The translations under genes were made by a program, and so were the position numbers. Below, one piece after another: positions 1-9,982 of a stretch of DNA of 64,000 nucleotides (position 1 is its first letter; each line of letters starts with the position of its first letter). The notes below the pieces were generated by a model. That model had not been told where the DNA came from. It saw only the letters and a list, made by a program, of their open reading frames with translations, and did not search any database. Source of the DNA: an uncultured Nitrospiraceae bacterium (lineage in GTDB: Bacteria; Nitrospirota; Thermodesulfovibrionia; Thermodesulfovibrionales; Dissulfurispiraceae); NCBI GenBank assembly GCA_947085205.1, contig CAMTVO010000020.1, positions 21,043 to 85,042 of the forward strand. The letters are read 5' to 3'.

Positions 1-1
1 A

Positions 2-2473
2 AATATCCCGAATGAGATAGCCACAACATTAAGGAATATCGGCGACGCCTATTGCGACCTCGTTGAATATGATAAAGCTCTCACATATTATCAGGATGCG
101 TTGGATATACAGAAGAAACACAATTTTCGTTTTGATATGGCAGCAACCCTGACAAACATAGGGGCTTTTTACAAAGACCTTAATCAATATGATAAAGCCC
201 TTTCCTACTATGAGGGATCACTAAAAATAAGCAGGGAACTTGACAACTCTGCCGATACTGCCACAAACCTGAATAACATAGGCAATGTATATGCATCTCT
301 CGGTAAATCCGATAACGCCCTCTCTTATTATCATCAGGCATTGAGCATAGAAAAGCAGCTCAACAGGCCGCACAAAATGGCTATAACTCTTAACAACATC
401 GGCATGGAGCATTTCCGTCTCGGCAGGTACGAACAGGCACTTTCTTATCTTAATGAGGCGCTTAAAATAGAAAGGAAGTTGAGCAATCCGCATAATATCG
501 CTGCGAGACTGAATAATATCGGAGCTGTTTATTTGCGGCAAAAAAGATACAGAGAAGCTGAAGATGTATTTCTTGAAAGGAAAGATATAGGAAAGAGAAT
601 CACAAAGACCAGATTAATACATGCCGGATTAATAGAAGTTTATCTTGCAACAAAAAGATACGATGAGGCATTGGCCTTGCTGAGAGAACTGCCTCCAAAC
701 TGGAGGGATAGCAGGAATCGCCGCATGGAATACCACACACAGTATGGTCTGGCATTAAAAGGCAAGGGACTACTCAGGGAGTCTGCGCAGGAATTGTTAA
801 AGGCGGTTTCAATAGTTGAAGAGATAAGGCGTTCAGTGGGTGAGAAGAGTGAGTTTTTTGCCGGTGGCGGTTATATCGGCAGGTTAACACCTCACAGAGA
901 GCTTGTAGCAGTTCTCTCAGAAATGGCTCTCAGAGGAGAAAGACCTGATGATAGCTTTAAACCTTTCGGCAGGGATTTGGCATCCGCCGCATTTTATTTT
1001 TCGGAGTTTACAAAGGCAAGGGCGTTTCTTGAGACAATGGCAGGCTCTGCAAGGAAATATGACGAGCTTGAAATTCCTTCTGAAATAAAAAACAGAGAGG
1101 CAGATATTCTAAAGGAGCTTTCATCAATAGAAGACAACTGGGAAAATGCCTATTCAAAAGGCGAGGCTGTTTTCAAAAGGCTTTCGCAGAGAAAAGAAGA
1201 GCTTAATAGAGAGCTAAATTCTCTGATTTCCTCCATAAGAAAAGATTTCCCTGCATATGCTGCCGTAAATTATCCAAAGCCCATGCCGGCTGAAGACATG
1301 TCATTAACGGCAAATGAAGTCTTAATAGAGTTCGGCATAAGCAATGATGCAGTTGTTGTTTTTGTTGTAAGAAAAGGCGGTGTAAATAAAATCCATAAAA
1401 TAAACATCTCTAAAGAAGAACTGACCGAGAAAGTAAAGAAATTTATAGAACCTTTAAATTCTGGAAGGCACTCTGAATTTTCAACAAAGCTCGCAAAAGA
1501 GCTTTACGATATGCTGCTTTCAGGGTCACTGAAAGATGTTAAGGATTCGGAAAAACTGATAATTGTCCCTGACGGAATACTCGGTCTTTTGCCATTTGAG
1601 GCATTGGTGATAAATGCAGGAAAAGACTATAAAGGTAATCTCTTTGTTGGCGACAAATGGACAATAACGTACAGCCAGTCTGCAACAGCGCTTGCATTAA
1701 CAAGGCTTTTGAAGCCCTCCGAAGCTAAAAAGCCTCTTTTTGCTTTGGGCAATCCTGTATATGACAAATCAGACCCGAGATATATAGCATATAAAAAAGG
1801 CGGCTCTCAACAAATTGCTGCAAAGGATGTTAAACAATATGCTTACAGGGGCATCACCGTACTGCCGAAGGGGGAAAGGGAATGGGAAGAGGTAATATAT
1901 TCGCCCCTTCCAGAAACAGAGGATGAGGTCAGAGAGATAGCAAAACTGTTTGGTGTAAAACCTGAGATGCCGGAGGTGCTTTTGAATATTTCGGCAAATG
2001 AAACAAATTTCAGGAATACCTTTCTTAAAGACTATCGCTACATACATCTTGCAACCCATGCAGACTTGCCCGGAAAGGTTCAGGGCATAAAGGAGCCGTT
2101 TATAATTCTCGGTCAGGTCGAAAACAGGGGGCAGGATGATGGATTCCTCACCCTCACCGAAGTCCTCGAATTGAAACTTGACGCTGACATGGTGGTTTTG
2201 TCCGCCTGCTCCACGGGCAAAGGCAAAATGATGGAAGGTGAAGGTGTTGCCAATTTTGCAAGGGCATTTCAGCATGCAGGCACGAGAAGCGTTGTAGTGA
2301 GCCTCTGGGAGGTGGCTTCAGACGCAGCAGTAGAATATATGAAGTCGTTTTATAGCCACATAAAGTCAGGCAAGAGCAAGGCAGAGGCATTGAGCCTTGC
2401 AAGAAACGAGATAAAGGCAAAATACCCGAATCCGTTTTACTGGGCAGTATTTATATTGTATGGAGAGGGATAA
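2..2473 (+). CDS. TPR-repeat + CHAT-domain (clan CD) protease, 5' end outside window
   Basis: Frame is open from base 2 (NIPNEIATTLRNIGDAY...). It carries tandem TPRs (ATNLNNIGNVY, AITLNNIGMEH) and CHAT motifs LIIVPDGILGLLPFEAL, YIHLATH (His), VVLSACST (Cys), SLWEV and NPFYWAVF. Confidence 0.92.
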   Translation, partial: NIPNEIATTLRNIGDAYCDLVEYDKALTYYQDALDIQKKHNFRFDMAATLTNIGAFYKDLNQYDKALSYYEGSLKISRELDNSADTATNLNNIGNVYASLGKSDNALSYYHQALSIEKQLNRPHKMAITLNNIGMEHFRLGRYEQALSYLNEALKIERKLSNPHNIAARLNNIGAVYLRQKRYREAEDVFLERKDIGKRITKTRLIHAGLIEVYLATKRYDEALALLRELPPNWRDSRNRRMEYHTQYGLALKGKGLLRESAQELLKAVSIVEEIRRSVGEKSEFFAGGGYIGRLTPHRELVAVLSEMALRGERPDDSFKPFGRDLASAAFYFSEFTKARAFLETMAGSARKYDELEIPSEIKNREADILKELSSIEDNWENAYSKGEAVFKRLSQRKEELNRELNSLISSIRKDFPAYAAVNYPKPMPAEDMSLTANEVLIEFGISNDAVVVFVVRKGGVNKIHKINISKEELTEKVKKFIEPLNSGRHSEFSTKLAKELYDMLLSGSLKDVKDSEKLIIVPDGILGLLPFEALVINAGKDYKGNLFVGDKWTITYSQSATALALTRLLKPSEAKKPLFALGNPVYDKSDPRYIAYKKGGSQQIAAKDVKQYAYRGITVLPKGEREWEEVIYSPLPETEDEVREIAKLFGVKPEMPEVLLNISANETNFRNTFLKDYRYIHLATHADLPGKVQGIKEPFIILGQVENRGQDDGFLTLTEVLELKLDADMVVLSACSTGKGKMMEGEGVANFARAFQHAGTRSVVVSLWEVASDAAVEYMKSFYSHIKSGKSKAEALSLARNEIKAKYPNPFYWAVFILYGEG

Positions 2474-2483
2474 TAGCTGATTT

Positions 2484-2499
2484 ATGGTAATTTTCACTT
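2484..2499. promoter_or_regulatory. Copy of the shared 16-bp operator-like motif (ATGGTAATTTTCACTT)
   Basis: Reverse-orientation match to the motif at 6483/13443/24375/33715. TATAAT lies at 2513-2518, at a shorter spacing than in the other copies. Confidence 0.45.
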
Positions 2500-2520
2500 C
2501 CAATTAGGATTGTATAATTT

Positions 2521-2606
2521 GTCATTCTCTGGCCCTCCTGATCAAGTCAGAGGGCATGCTTGACCAGAGAATCCAGATGCCGTCCCCGATTAAATCGGGG
2601 AATGAC
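2521..2606. repeat. REP/MITE-like nested palindromic element
   Basis: GTCATTC...GAATGAC termini with internal hairpins (GCCCTC...GAGGGC; TCCCCGATT-A-AATCGGGGA). Related to 59841-59907. Confidence 0.65.
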
Positions 2607-2689
2607 ATTATAGAAAATCTGAATTTATGACATTTTCACGCAGGTTTCAGGTTTTATATTACTGATAGATAAATAAAACGGAGGTCGCA

Positions 2690-4309
2690 ATGAACAGAAA
2701 TATCTTTTTTGTTTCGGTTTTTATTTTGTTTGTGATTTTTGCTTTTAGTTTTAATGCATGGGCATCTCCCGCAGAGATAGAGAGTGTCCCTAAAATCCAG
2801 AACATTGTCCTTTATCCGGACAGCGCAATGATAAAGAAAGAAGCAACGGTTGCGGTTAAGAAAGGCGAAAATATCATAGGGATTTCGGGGTTGACCGTAA
2901 ATTTAACTGACGAATCTGTTCAGGTGAATATTAAGGAAAAGGCTGCTGTCAGAATATCCAGTGTCAGAGTTGAAAAGACTTATCTCCAGAAGACAATGCA
3001 GGATAAGATAGAGAAACTCCAGTCAAGACTTGAAAGTATTAATGAGCTTATAAAGGAACACTCAAATGAAATCTCCGCAATAAACAGTTCCATCGAATTT
3101 TTAAAGAAGACAATTCCATTCCCTCAAAACCAGAAGGTTACACAGGCCGAGGTCGAAGGGCATGCTAAGTTTATCGAAAAATCTTTGTCGGCAAGCTACG
3201 ACAGGACTGCAAAGCTTGAAAATAAAATAAAGAAACTTAATGAAGAAAAGAGGGCAGTGGAAAATGAGCTTAAAAAACTAAGCTCATCGAGGGATGAAAG
3301 CAAAACTGTTGTAATCAATCTGCTTTCGAATGCAGACCGGGAGATTAATCTGGGACTCTCCTACATCGTTACAAAGGCGGGCTGGTCTCCACAGTACGAT
3401 GTAAGGGCTGACTCTGCTGCAGGAAGGATCGATATTGTTTGCTTTGCAACCATAACCCAGTCTACCGGCGAGGACTGGAAGAATGCGAATATCGAGATTT
3501 CTACGGCAAGGCCTTCTTACGGGCCTCCGCCGGAACTTTCCGCATGGTATGTGGATGTATACAAGCCGAGGCCTGTGGTTTATAAATACAAAAAGGCTAT
3601 TGAGGATGCGGATTTCATGATGAGCAAGGAGAAGGCGTTAGAGGCAGCTCCGGAGCAGCGATTCGAAGAGCCGAAGATAAAGGCAGAGGCGACATCATTC
3701 AGCTTTATAATCCCGGGCAAGGTCAATATCCCGTCAGACAACCAGCCGCACAGGATATTAATCTCATCCTCGTCCAAAGAGGCTAAACTCGACTATTATG
3801 CAGCGCCGAAGCTCTCGCGGTATGCGTATTTAAGGGCGGGCCTTAAAAATCCGCTTCCGTTTCCAATCTTCTCAGGGCAGATGAGTATATTTTTAGATGA
3901 GCGGTTTGTGAATACAACATCTGTTGATAAGCAAATCCTTCCTGATGATGACATGAGTTTGTCACTTGGAATCGATGAAGGAATAAAAGTAGAGAAAAAG
4001 CTCCTGAAGAAATTTACCGAATATTCCGGCGTGTTTTCGAAAGATACTCAGATAGGCTATGAATATGCGATTGACATTGTCAGCAGCAAAGATAAAGAGA
4101 TCGGCATCAATATCAGCGATAATTTCCCTGTCTCAAGAAACGAGCAGATAAAGGTCGCTCTTGAATCTCCCAAAAAAGAGGATGCAAAGATTGCTGACGA
4201 CGGAATAATATCATGGGATTTAAAGCTTAAGCCCAATGAGAAGAAAACCCTGAAAATAAAATTCAGGGTCGAACATCCGAAAGACTTGAAGATTACGGGA
4301 TTGGAGTAG
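2690..4309 (+). CDS. DUF4139/DUF4140 (MuiA-like) exported protein
   Basis: Signal peptide, N-terminal VLYPDSAMI, a coiled coil, then WSPQYDVR, QSTGEDW..ISTARP and LSLGID.I.VEKK motifs. GGAGG RBS. Confidence 0.85.
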   Translation: MNRNIFFVSVFILFVIFAFSFNAWASPAEIESVPKIQNIVLYPDSAMIKKEATVAVKKGENIIGISGLTVNLTDESVQVNIKEKAAVRISSVRVEKTYLQKTMQDKIEKLQSRLESINELIKEHSNEISAINSSIEFLKKTIPFPQNQKVTQAEVEGHAKFIEKSLSASYDRTAKLENKIKKLNEEKRAVENELKKLSSSRDESKTVVINLLSNADREINLGLSYIVTKAGWSPQYDVRADSAAGRIDIVCFATITQSTGEDWKNANIEISTARPSYGPPPELSAWYVDVYKPRPVVYKYKKAIEDADFMMSKEKALEAAPEQRFEEPKIKAEATSFSFIIPGKVNIPSDNQPHRILISSSSKEAKLDYYAAPKLSRYAYLRAGLKNPLPFPIFSGQMSIFLDERFVNTTSVDKQILPDDDMSLSLGIDEGIKVEKKLLKKFTEYSGVFSKDTQIGYEYAIDIVSSKDKEIGINISDNFPVSRNEQIKVALESPKKEDAKIADDGIISWDLKLKPNEKKTLKIKFRVEHPKDLKITGLE

Positions 4310-4327
4310 GGTAAAAGGGAGGCTCTT

Positions 4328-5827
4328 ATGAAATACATCTTTGGGGTTGTTATTACTGTGTTTTTAGTTTTACCCGCCTCTGTTTTTGCAGAGACAAAGA
4401 ATATTATTGCAGAAGGCGAATATATAATGGGTGATGGAGAGACAATGGCGATTGCTGAGGAACGGGCACAGAAAGAGGTAGTCCGACATGCAGCTGAAGA
4501 GGCAGGGGCTTTTGTAAAGAGTTACACAAAGGTCAAAAATATGGCTCTTCAGGAAGATGTAGTGGAAGTCATTGCCAACCATTCAATGAAGATTACTGTG
4601 TTGGAGAAGAAAAGGACAATGGTGGGTGATGCAGTTAAATTTTACTCAAAGATAAAGGCAGTTGTTACAACAGAGGAGATAGAGGCAAATCTTGAGAAAG
4701 TTCGGAAAGAAAGTAAAATTGTAGATATGTACAAGAGACTTATAGATGAATACAGCAGGCAGACAAAAGAAATGGAAGAACTGAAGAGAAAGCTCTCGGT
4801 TGCACAGGGAGAAGATAAAAAGGCAATATTGGGGAAAATTGCTGCCGAGGAAAATCTCTTTAAAGCAAACCTGTTGTTTGAGGAAGGAATGAAGGCTAAG
4901 GAAGATTTTAAATCCCAAGATGCCATAGAAGCATTTACAGGTGCAATTGCGTTAAATCCCATGTTTGCGGATGCATATGCTGTAAGAAGCGACGCGTATA
5001 GTGCGATTTTTCAGTTCAAGAAAGCCATTGAGGATATCAACAAGGCAATTGAAATCAAGCCTGAAAACCCTGATTTTTATGTTGTCAGAGCAATGACTTA
5101 TCCTGGGTGTTCCGACTCATATAGAAATGTTTGCAAAGCAGGGGCTGAGGAGGATGGTATGGTCGGAGATATGAAATGCAGAGAAATCAGCCCCGACGAT
5201 TGTAAGAAAGCTTTGAATGACATCGGGAAAGCTATTCAACTGAAACCGGAAATTCCCTTTTATTATCTTACGAGAGCGGGGTTATATCATCAGGCTGAAA
5301 TGTATGACAAGGCTATGGAGGAGTTTACAAAAGTCATATCCATGCAACAAAAATTATCAGAAGAATGGCCTATCTCTCTCGTTATGGCATATTTGTCCAG
5401 AGCAGAACTTGCAAAAAAGAAAGGTGATAAACATGCATTTATTGCCGATTTGACATCAGCAATAACAGTCGTTGTGAATTCAAAATACTATAATGAGAAG
5501 CTCAGGAAACTCTCTAATATTTTAAGAGAAGCACGGAACAAAAAATATACGGACCAACAAATGGAAGCGGTGTTTGCAAAGGAATATAATGTTGACCCCA
5601 AGAACGAAAAGGAATTGAAGAGATTGCGTGATCGGGCAGACAATCTTCTTTTTGTATCTGCCTTATACATAGGACGTTCTGATATTTATATGGATATGGG
5701 CTTAAAGGAAAAGGCCGACAGAGATATCAAAACTGCTTGTGAATTCTTCTGGATAGAAGGAATTTGCGAGATTTTGGGAAAAGACACAAAGAAATCTACT
5801 GGAAAACCGTCAAAGAAAAAGCGATGA
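4328..5827 (+). CDS. Exported protein: LPP20/FlgT-N-like domain, coiled coil, TPR repeats
   Basis: Signal peptide (ASVFA|E); N-domain AEGEY..G.GET...AEERA....AAE.AGAFV; TPRs (AIEAFTGAIALNP, AIEDINKAIEIKP). Confidence 0.75.
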   Translation: MKYIFGVVITVFLVLPASVFAETKNIIAEGEYIMGDGETMAIAEERAQKEVVRHAAEEAGAFVKSYTKVKNMALQEDVVEVIANHSMKITVLEKKRTMVGDAVKFYSKIKAVVTTEEIEANLEKVRKESKIVDMYKRLIDEYSRQTKEMEELKRKLSVAQGEDKKAILGKIAAEENLFKANLLFEEGMKAKEDFKSQDAIEAFTGAIALNPMFADAYAVRSDAYSAIFQFKKAIEDINKAIEIKPENPDFYVVRAMTYPGCSDSYRNVCKAGAEEDGMVGDMKCREISPDDCKKALNDIGKAIQLKPEIPFYYLTRAGLYHQAEMYDKAMEEFTKVISMQQKLSEEWPISLVMAYLSRAELAKKKGDKHAFIADLTSAITVVVNSKYYNEKLRKLSNILREARNKKYTDQQMEAVFAKEYNVDPKNEKELKRLRDRADNLLFVSALYIGRSDIYMDMGLKEKADRDIKTACEFFWIEGICEILGKDTKKSTGKPSKKKR

Positions 5828-5858
5828 CCAATAAAAAGAGAGGATAGAATAAAATAAT

Positions 5859-6170
5859 ATGAACCCTAAATCCGCCAAGACCTTCGTCTGGGCCGCAGTA
5901 ATCAGCATTTTACTCGGCATGGTCGTCATGTCCCCTGCCGGAAGTTTTTTTCTTTATTCAGTGTCTGCGCTTTTTGCTGCAAGTCCGGCAATCTTCGGTG
6001 CTAAAGGAACGCGCATTGCAGCCGTCGTGATATTAGCCGTATCCCTTGCGTTGCTTGCCGTGACGTATCCTAAATATGATGCCGAAATGACAAAATACAA
6101 AGAGCGAGCTCATAAGAAGTCTTCAGAAGTATCAACGCCGCTGACTCAGCCGCAACAAGGGAGCAGGTAA
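5859..6170 (+). CDS. Small membrane protein (about 3 TM), similar to 11795-12082
   Basis: Three hydrophobic segments and a basic tail. Layout resembles 11795-12082. Confidence 0.65.
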   Translation: MNPKSAKTFVWAAVISILLGMVVMSPAGSFFLYSVSALFAASPAIFGAKGTRIAAVVILAVSLALLAVTYPKYDAEMTKYKERAHKKSSEVSTPLTQPQQGSR

Positions 6171-6180
6171 AACCTGAGAT

Positions 6181-6381
6181 AACGGCATACTTTATTACAG
6201 GAAAGGGGATGCGGGCATCAGGAACATATTTCCGGTCTTTAGTCCAGGAAGAGATTTTGATTATGAGCTCAAGTCATACGAAAAAGGCACAAAGTTTATT
6301 GCAACTGCCACCGGCAAAAAAGGAACTAAAGTTGAAAGAGAGATGTATACGATTAACCAAGACAACGCCAGGAACTGGTGA
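6181..6381 (+). pseudogene. Start-less fragment resembling a type IV pilin (PilE-like) C-terminus
   Basis: Frame reads ...DFDYELKSYEKGTKFIATATGKKGTKVEREMYTINQDNARNW*. An in-frame stop lies at 6175, with no start codon or prepilin N-terminus. Confidence 0.4.
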
Positions 6382-6482
6382 GGCCAATAAAAAAAGAAGC
6401 AGCAAGGCAAGTTTTCAGGCGGGAAGGTATTGATTGCAATTTTTTAATCTATGATTCCCTGCTTTTATATAGATAATAAGAG

Positions 6483-6525
6483 ATGTGAAAATTACCTTTA
6501 CGTGCGAGATTGGCGCTGATATAAT
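6483..6525 (+). promoter_or_regulatory. Operator-like motif + sigma70-type promoter
   Basis: ATGTGAAAATTACCTT (6483-6498) overlapping TTTACG-N17-TATAAT. Confidence 0.7.
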
Positions 6526-6548
6526 TTGGTTTAAAAAAGAGATGCAAT

Positions 6549-7538
6549 ATGAATAAAAAGATATTTATAAGCCTTTTTCTTTTTACGCTTTTCTTAAGTC
6601 CTGCTTTTGCCTCTGAAAAGCAGGAATGTCCCGTAAACCCCAAGAATATTGTTTATGAAAAATACACATCGGGGGGTAATTTTTTTGTTGTATTGATCCC
6701 TAAAGGCTGGGGCAAAAAAGAAAAGAATTTTTCACACGCTTACACAAGAACAGGGGATAAGGTATTCGGAGTAGAGCTTTCCGGACCGCATAATGCTGCT
6801 GGCTGTGTTCCAGTAGAAAAAGTACCTGGATCTGGAGGTGAGGTTATCCAAATAAAGCAGGGAACTGTCGGCACTTTCCATGAACTCCGGATAGGTGTCG
6901 CAAATATAATCAAAGCTGATTATCTTGATGAGGCTGGCACAAAAAAGCATGGTTTAATAGCTATATTGATATTATTTATTGAAGGGAATCCCCCGCAAAA
7001 AAAGGACTTTAAAGTTCATGCGGGGCAGAAGATAATAATGGACAACTACTCAGTGTATGTGGAAGAAATACGAGGAACAGTTAAAGGCTTAGTAATATTG
7101 CGGATAGAAGAGATTTCTAAATCTCCGTATAAAGACGAGGCCCGCCCGACAATCTCCGTTTTGTATTATGAGTACGGACAGTTTTTTAAAAGTTATGAGA
7201 GATATATCAACCTCAAAATAGGATCTTTCACGCGCCTCGCCCCGGAAAAAGATGTCTCTATTACAAATACGGCAGTGGCGGGAAGAGAGGCTAAAAAATT
7301 TGAGATTGAAAAATTTGAACTTATTATGCTGCCTTTTGATCCGCCTGATTTCAAGGAAGGCATCATGCATGAAATTGTCCCGCCTTCAAAGAAAGTTACA
7401 GTCATAGAAAGATACATTGTAATCCCGGCTGAGAAAGGTTTTTATGTATTGAACTACAGGGCCTCGCCTGATATTGTAAAAAGTATTGAAGGGATATTTG
7501 AAAAGATTTTAAACTCTTTTGAACCATTGACAAAATGA
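6549..7538 (+). CDS. Exported hypothetical protein, PsbP/Mog1-like termini with a possible internal insert
   Basis: Signal peptide (PAFA|SE); F.VLIPKGW near the N-terminus; VAGREAKKF and FYVLNYRA...FEKILNSF at the C-terminus. Confidence 0.6.
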   Translation: MNKKIFISLFLFTLFLSPAFASEKQECPVNPKNIVYEKYTSGGNFFVVLIPKGWGKKEKNFSHAYTRTGDKVFGVELSGPHNAAGCVPVEKVPGSGGEVIQIKQGTVGTFHELRIGVANIIKADYLDEAGTKKHGLIAILILFIEGNPPQKKDFKVHAGQKIIMDNYSVYVEEIRGTVKGLVILRIEEISKSPYKDEARPTISVLYYEYGQFFKSYERYINLKIGSFTRLAPEKDVSITNTAVAGREAKKFEIEKFELIMLPFDPPDFKEGIMHEIVPPSKKVTVIERYIVIPAEKGFYVLNYRASPDIVKSIEGIFEKILNSFEPLTK

Positions 7539-7577
7539 AAGAATTATACGACTGGAAAAATTTTCATGGGAGGGGAT

Positions 7578-8774
7578 ATGTTTACATTTAAGAGTTTATT
7601 GCGCTCTTTAGCAGGCAGGCTTGGGGTTATTGCTATACTGTCAATAAGTTCAGCTTCAATTTTTGCCGCTGAAAAGCTTGCCCCAGTCCCGCACTCAATG
7701 CGGGATAAGCAGGGGCCGGAGATATCTGCACAGGATTCAGATATTCAGAAGAGCAACTGGCTACTTGGCGTGATACTCAAGCTGGGAAATATGAGAGACA
7801 AGGCAATAGCGGATATTCAGAAATACGAAGGTGAAATCCAGAAATGCGACACCACTATAAGTAAATCTGAAAACATTGTAAGACTTGCCCAGCAGAAAGG
7901 TAATGTGCAGGCGGAAATAATTGCCCGTGAGGCATCGCTCAAGGCACAGGAAGCAAAGTTAAAGAATAAAGAGAAAAAGAATTCAGCAGAGCTTAATAAG
8001 AAAAGGGTGGATGCGGCGCTCGACCATATGCGAAAGGACGGTGCGGAACCTGAGGCCATGCTGGAGCAGGTTGAATTTGAAAATATGAACGACCGGTGGG
8101 TGCAGAACCAGAAGCATCTTATTGAACAACGGCTCAAGGAACCCAATCCTTATGCAAGTGAGATATACCGGTCGCTCAAGACGAAAGTCCCTCCTGTCCT
8201 GCCTGATAGAAAGTATGACAAGCTTCAGCCCGGTGATGTGCTTCTCTTTTCGCCAGACGACACAAAGACTTTTTGGATTAATTTTGGAGATAAACTATCC
8301 TCAGCCTCTAAATCGCCTGCCTATCACACGGTTCTCTATCTCAAAGAAGTTAACGGCAAAAAGCTCTTCCTTGACAATAGACCGGGAAGGGGCTCTCATG
8401 TGATCAGCGAATAAGAGTTCTTGCGGACTTACGGCCGGAGTGACGCATTAGTCGCTTCGCTTGCGCAACCGTTAACAAAAGATGAGGCCGGTAAAATATG
8501 GAATACTGCCAAGGAATTGATAAAGAAAGAGTCTGTTATCCAGCAAAACGCGTCCGGGAACATTTTCGATAAGACAGGCTACGGTCTCTATGGGAATGAC
8601 AACATGGTCTGTTCGGAAACTTCCCGCTGGGCCCTGGTCAAGGCCGGCCGGGATATTCCGGAAACTGCTTCCCCGCTCAAGAGGCTGCTCGGTATTCACT
8701 ACGGCCCGTCAAACTTTTATAACGATAACCACAATTTTATTATAACCCCTTTATGGGGCGCTGCAGAAAAGTGA
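7578..8774 (+). pseudogene. Exported coiled-coil + permuted papain-like (NlpC/P60, YiiX/C92-like) protein split by one in-frame TAA (8412-8414)
   Basis: ORFs 7566-8414 and 8421-8774 are in the same frame. LQPGDVLLF and AYHTVLY (His) precede the stop; MVCSET (Cys) follows it. Confidence 0.7.
7677..7715. repeat. 39-bp in-frame palindromic insertion
   Basis: CTTGCCCCAG-[TCCCGCA-CTCAA-TGCGGGA]-TAAGCAGGGG. Absent from the homologous site at 13892-13903. Confidence 0.7.
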
Positions 8775-8777
8775 CCT

Positions 8778-8915
8778 ATGAAGCCAGTAATTACTCAAGG
8801 GGACAGGACCATGATAATCAATGCAGGGCACAAAGGCGCTGTTGCAAAAGACGGCAAGTTATCAGAACCAGAAAAGATTGATTTATCAAAAATAGAAAGG
8901 TGGTGGGAAAAGTGA
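8778..8915 (+). pseudogene. 45-aa ORF resembling the C-terminal tail of a FecR-domain protein
   Basis: MKPVITQGDRTMIINAGHKGAVAKDGKLSEPEKIDLSKIERWWEK*; not in the ORF track. Confidence 0.35.
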
Positions 8916-8917
8916 AA

Positions 8918-9958
8918 ATGAAAGAGAGATTATTAAATATCGCAGAAAACAGATTACTGGTAGTTTTCCTTGTTTGCATGGGCATGACATCTATTGTTGT
9001 AATGGCACCGCGAACGGCGATTGCCGGTATCGCACTCGATTGTGAAGGATCGGCACAAGCTTATGCGAGCCACAGGCCACCAATTCCCTGTTACTGCAGA
9101 GGCGGACGGATAGTTTGCGACTCACCCGGGAGTGCATCCGGAAGTTCTTCGCAAAGAGGGCTTTCCAGCAAGAACCAGATGAAACTGAATATGCTCCAGG
9201 GGGCAATGGACGGTTTCGCGAACGCATTCATCCGCTGGATGAATGCGCCATCAACCCCTCAACAGCGCTGCCCTACCCCCGAGCAGATCGCCGAGCAACA
9301 GGAGCGGGCCAAGGCCGAATGGCAGGCCAAGGTTCAGAAGCAGATCAACGATATGGAGAGCCAATACGCGCAGATGGAACGGCAGAAGGCTGAGGTCATC
9401 AGGAGCAAGCTTCTGTCCGGGATGAGGGGGGTGGAGAGCGGCAGCCCCGCCGGGCAGTCGTATGCGCTGATGCAGTTGCGATGCAGCGCTTTCTGGAGCG
9501 TGGAGGCTGCCAGGGCATCATCGGCAACGGATGTCGAAAAGTTCAGCCGCTTTGCCGAGAAACCCGATAACGTCAGCATGACTGAATGCGCCAATAAACT
9601 TCCGGCGCCCCCCATGCCGTCGTCCGGTGACGAATTCCGCATGGATATGTACGAAACGATTATTCATGAGGTAAATCTGCGTATCCCGATGATCGAGCAG
9701 GCCAAGACAAAACAGCGCGAAGCCGATGACCGGGTTGCCGAAAAACGGCAAAAGGTTGACGATCTGAAAAACAGGCAGGGGACAGCAGTTTCCGCAGAGG
9801 ATAAACAGGCCACAGACGATCTCATGGCGGAAGCCATGCGGGAACTGGAGGTGGCCAATGCGTTGAAGAGCGAAGCCGATGCCGGGCTTGGCAAGTTGAA
9901 ATTGGAAATAGATGCCTTGAACGAGGTGGGAAACATGGCTGTCGGCGCTAAACAATAA
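8918..9958 (+). CDS. Exported Cys-containing coiled-coil hypothetical protein
   Basis: Signal peptide (AIA|G), CxC-type cysteines, long helical C-terminus. Visibly GC-richer than its flanks. Confidence 0.7.
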   Translation: MKERLLNIAENRLLVVFLVCMGMTSIVVMAPRTAIAGIALDCEGSAQAYASHRPPIPCYCRGGRIVCDSPGSASGSSSQRGLSSKNQMKLNMLQGAMDGFANAFIRWMNAPSTPQQRCPTPEQIAEQQERAKAEWQAKVQKQINDMESQYAQMERQKAEVIRSKLLSGMRGVESGSPAGQSYALMQLRCSAFWSVEAARASSATDVEKFSRFAEKPDNVSMTECANKLPAPPMPSSGDEFRMDMYETIIHEVNLRIPMIEQAKTKQREADDRVAEKRQKVDDLKNRQGTAVSAEDKQATDDLMAEAMRELEVANALKSEADAGLGKLKLEIDALNEVGNMAVGAKQ

Positions 9959-9982
9959 CCGCTCAATTAAGGAGATATCGCC

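Noticed and set aside
6209..6433. 74-aa ORF
   Set aside because: The overlapping frame 6181-6381 gives a more protein-like (pilin-tail) sequence.
8412..8414. Programmed readthrough (selenocysteine or pyrrolysine)
   Set aside because: The codon is TAA, not TGA or TAG, and it is not at the catalytic position.
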